From Chiloscyllium plagiosum (lineage: Eukaryota): a stretch of DNA of 64,000 nt. Below are positions 63,140 to 64,000 of the stretch, one piece after another. The notes beneath the pieces are model-generated. The model ran no database searches. It worked only from the letters and a program-made list of their open reading frames with translations, and was not told the DNA's origin. Positions within the stretch are counted from its first letter, which is position 1; each line of letters begins with the position of its first letter. The stretch lies in the NCBI RefSeq assembly GCF_004010195.1, contig NC_057718.1:5416325-5480324 (forward strand). The letters run 5' to 3'. Position numbers and translations under genes: made by a program.

Positions 63140-63640
63140 ACTGATTCAATTTGATTTATCATGGTCACGTGTACCTAAGTACAGTGAAACGCTTTGTTTG
63201 CGAGCAGTACAGGCAGATCATAGTAAGCAAGGACATACAGATCTTAGGGTGGTTAGACAGAGTGAGGCGTAAAGGTTACACTGCACAGGATGTGCACAAC
63301 ATTAACAAGATCAACATGATTTGAAGTTAGAAAGTTCATTCATTAGTCTAATAATGGCAGGGAAGAAGCTGTTCTTGAACCTGTTTTTGTGTGTGTGTTT
63401 TCAAGCTTCTGTATCTTCTGCATGATGGAAGAGGTTGTAGGAGATCATTAGCAGGGTGGGAGGAGTCTTTGATGATGTTGGTAGCCTTTCCATGGCAACG
63501 AAAAGTGTAAATAGATTCCATGGATGGGAGGTTGGGCTCCATGATGGTCTGGGATGTGCACACAACCTAGGCAGAGCAGTTACCTTGCCAACAAGCCATT
63601 ATGCACCCAGTCTATATGCTTACTGTGCCTATTGTGTTCA
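63140..63640 (-). mobile_element. Rex1/Babar 3' fragment
   Basis: ORF 63348-63563 KATNIIKDSSHPANDLLQPLPSCRRYRSL. Confidence 0.85.
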
Positions 63641-63644
63641 GGTA

Positions 63645-63885
63645 GAAAGAGGAAATGCTGCCCAGGAATCCAGGCAGGCAGCTGATTTTCACAAGCAGTT
63701 CAAAGAGTCTATCTATGCTGACAAGATCAAACTCCACAGCAGGGTTTATGAGGGTCTGATCATAGCACTTCCCCTATAACTACTGAAGAGAAAAAGGTCA
63801 TGTTGACTGTTGATCTGCCAACACTGAAGCCATATTGAAGGTCGACGTGTGATGCCAGGGTCAACAATTTCATCTGAGTACAGGA
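63645..63885 (-). mobile_element. RTE-clade RT fragment, decayed
   Basis: QYGFSVGRSTVNMTF resembles RTE QCGFR.GRST.DMIF; FDLVS...LFELL..I.C.P remnant downstream. Confidence 0.6.
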
Positions 63886-64000
63886 GCAAATGAAGTTACA
63901 GACTTTTATAGATGGGTTGCGTGAGTGGTCAAAGGTCTGGCAGGTGGGTGATAGTGTGGGCAAATATGATGTGACTTACTTTGTCAGGAAGTATATAAAT

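Noticed and set aside
1..64000. Immunoglobulin/TCR segments with RSS, or CRISPR-like arrays
   Set aside because: I found no heptamer-spacer-nonamer pairs beside V/J-like coding sequence and no regular repeat-spacer array; cacagtg hits I checked were mostly within repeats

Overview
This is a repeat-dense, apparently intergenic or intronic 64-kb window from a cartilaginous fish (shark-like), inferred from HE1/V-SINE-type SINEs, Deu-domain (SacSINE1/AmnSINE1-type) SINEs and abundant CR1 LINEs. I recognise no intact host gene, and almost all listed ORFs are transposon remnants or chance ORFs. The window holds many CR1 fragments, including one ~3.3-kb copy with ORF1 esterase plus ORF2 EN/RT. It also has Rex1/Babar, RTE, L2 and Tx1 fragments, two decayed Gypsy integrases, solo LTRs, a Harbinger-type Myb/SANT remnant, several SINE families and a 500-N gap. 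The most striking recurring system is a set of about a dozen short Penelope-like (PLE) terminal elements from at least three sequence families. They carry minimal type-I hammerhead ribozyme motifs, and several are TSD-flanked fold-back (palindromic) insertions. The best unexplained non-repeat signals are an ~80%-identical ~65-nt sequence pair (34464-34528 and 44919-44992) with splice signals on both strands and a covarying hairpin, a promoter-like motif cluster just upstream of the first copy, and a hairpin carrying a miR-430/302-type seed at 36557-36625. Repeat boundaries are approximate unless a TSD is given. Family names come from motif recognition, not database searches.
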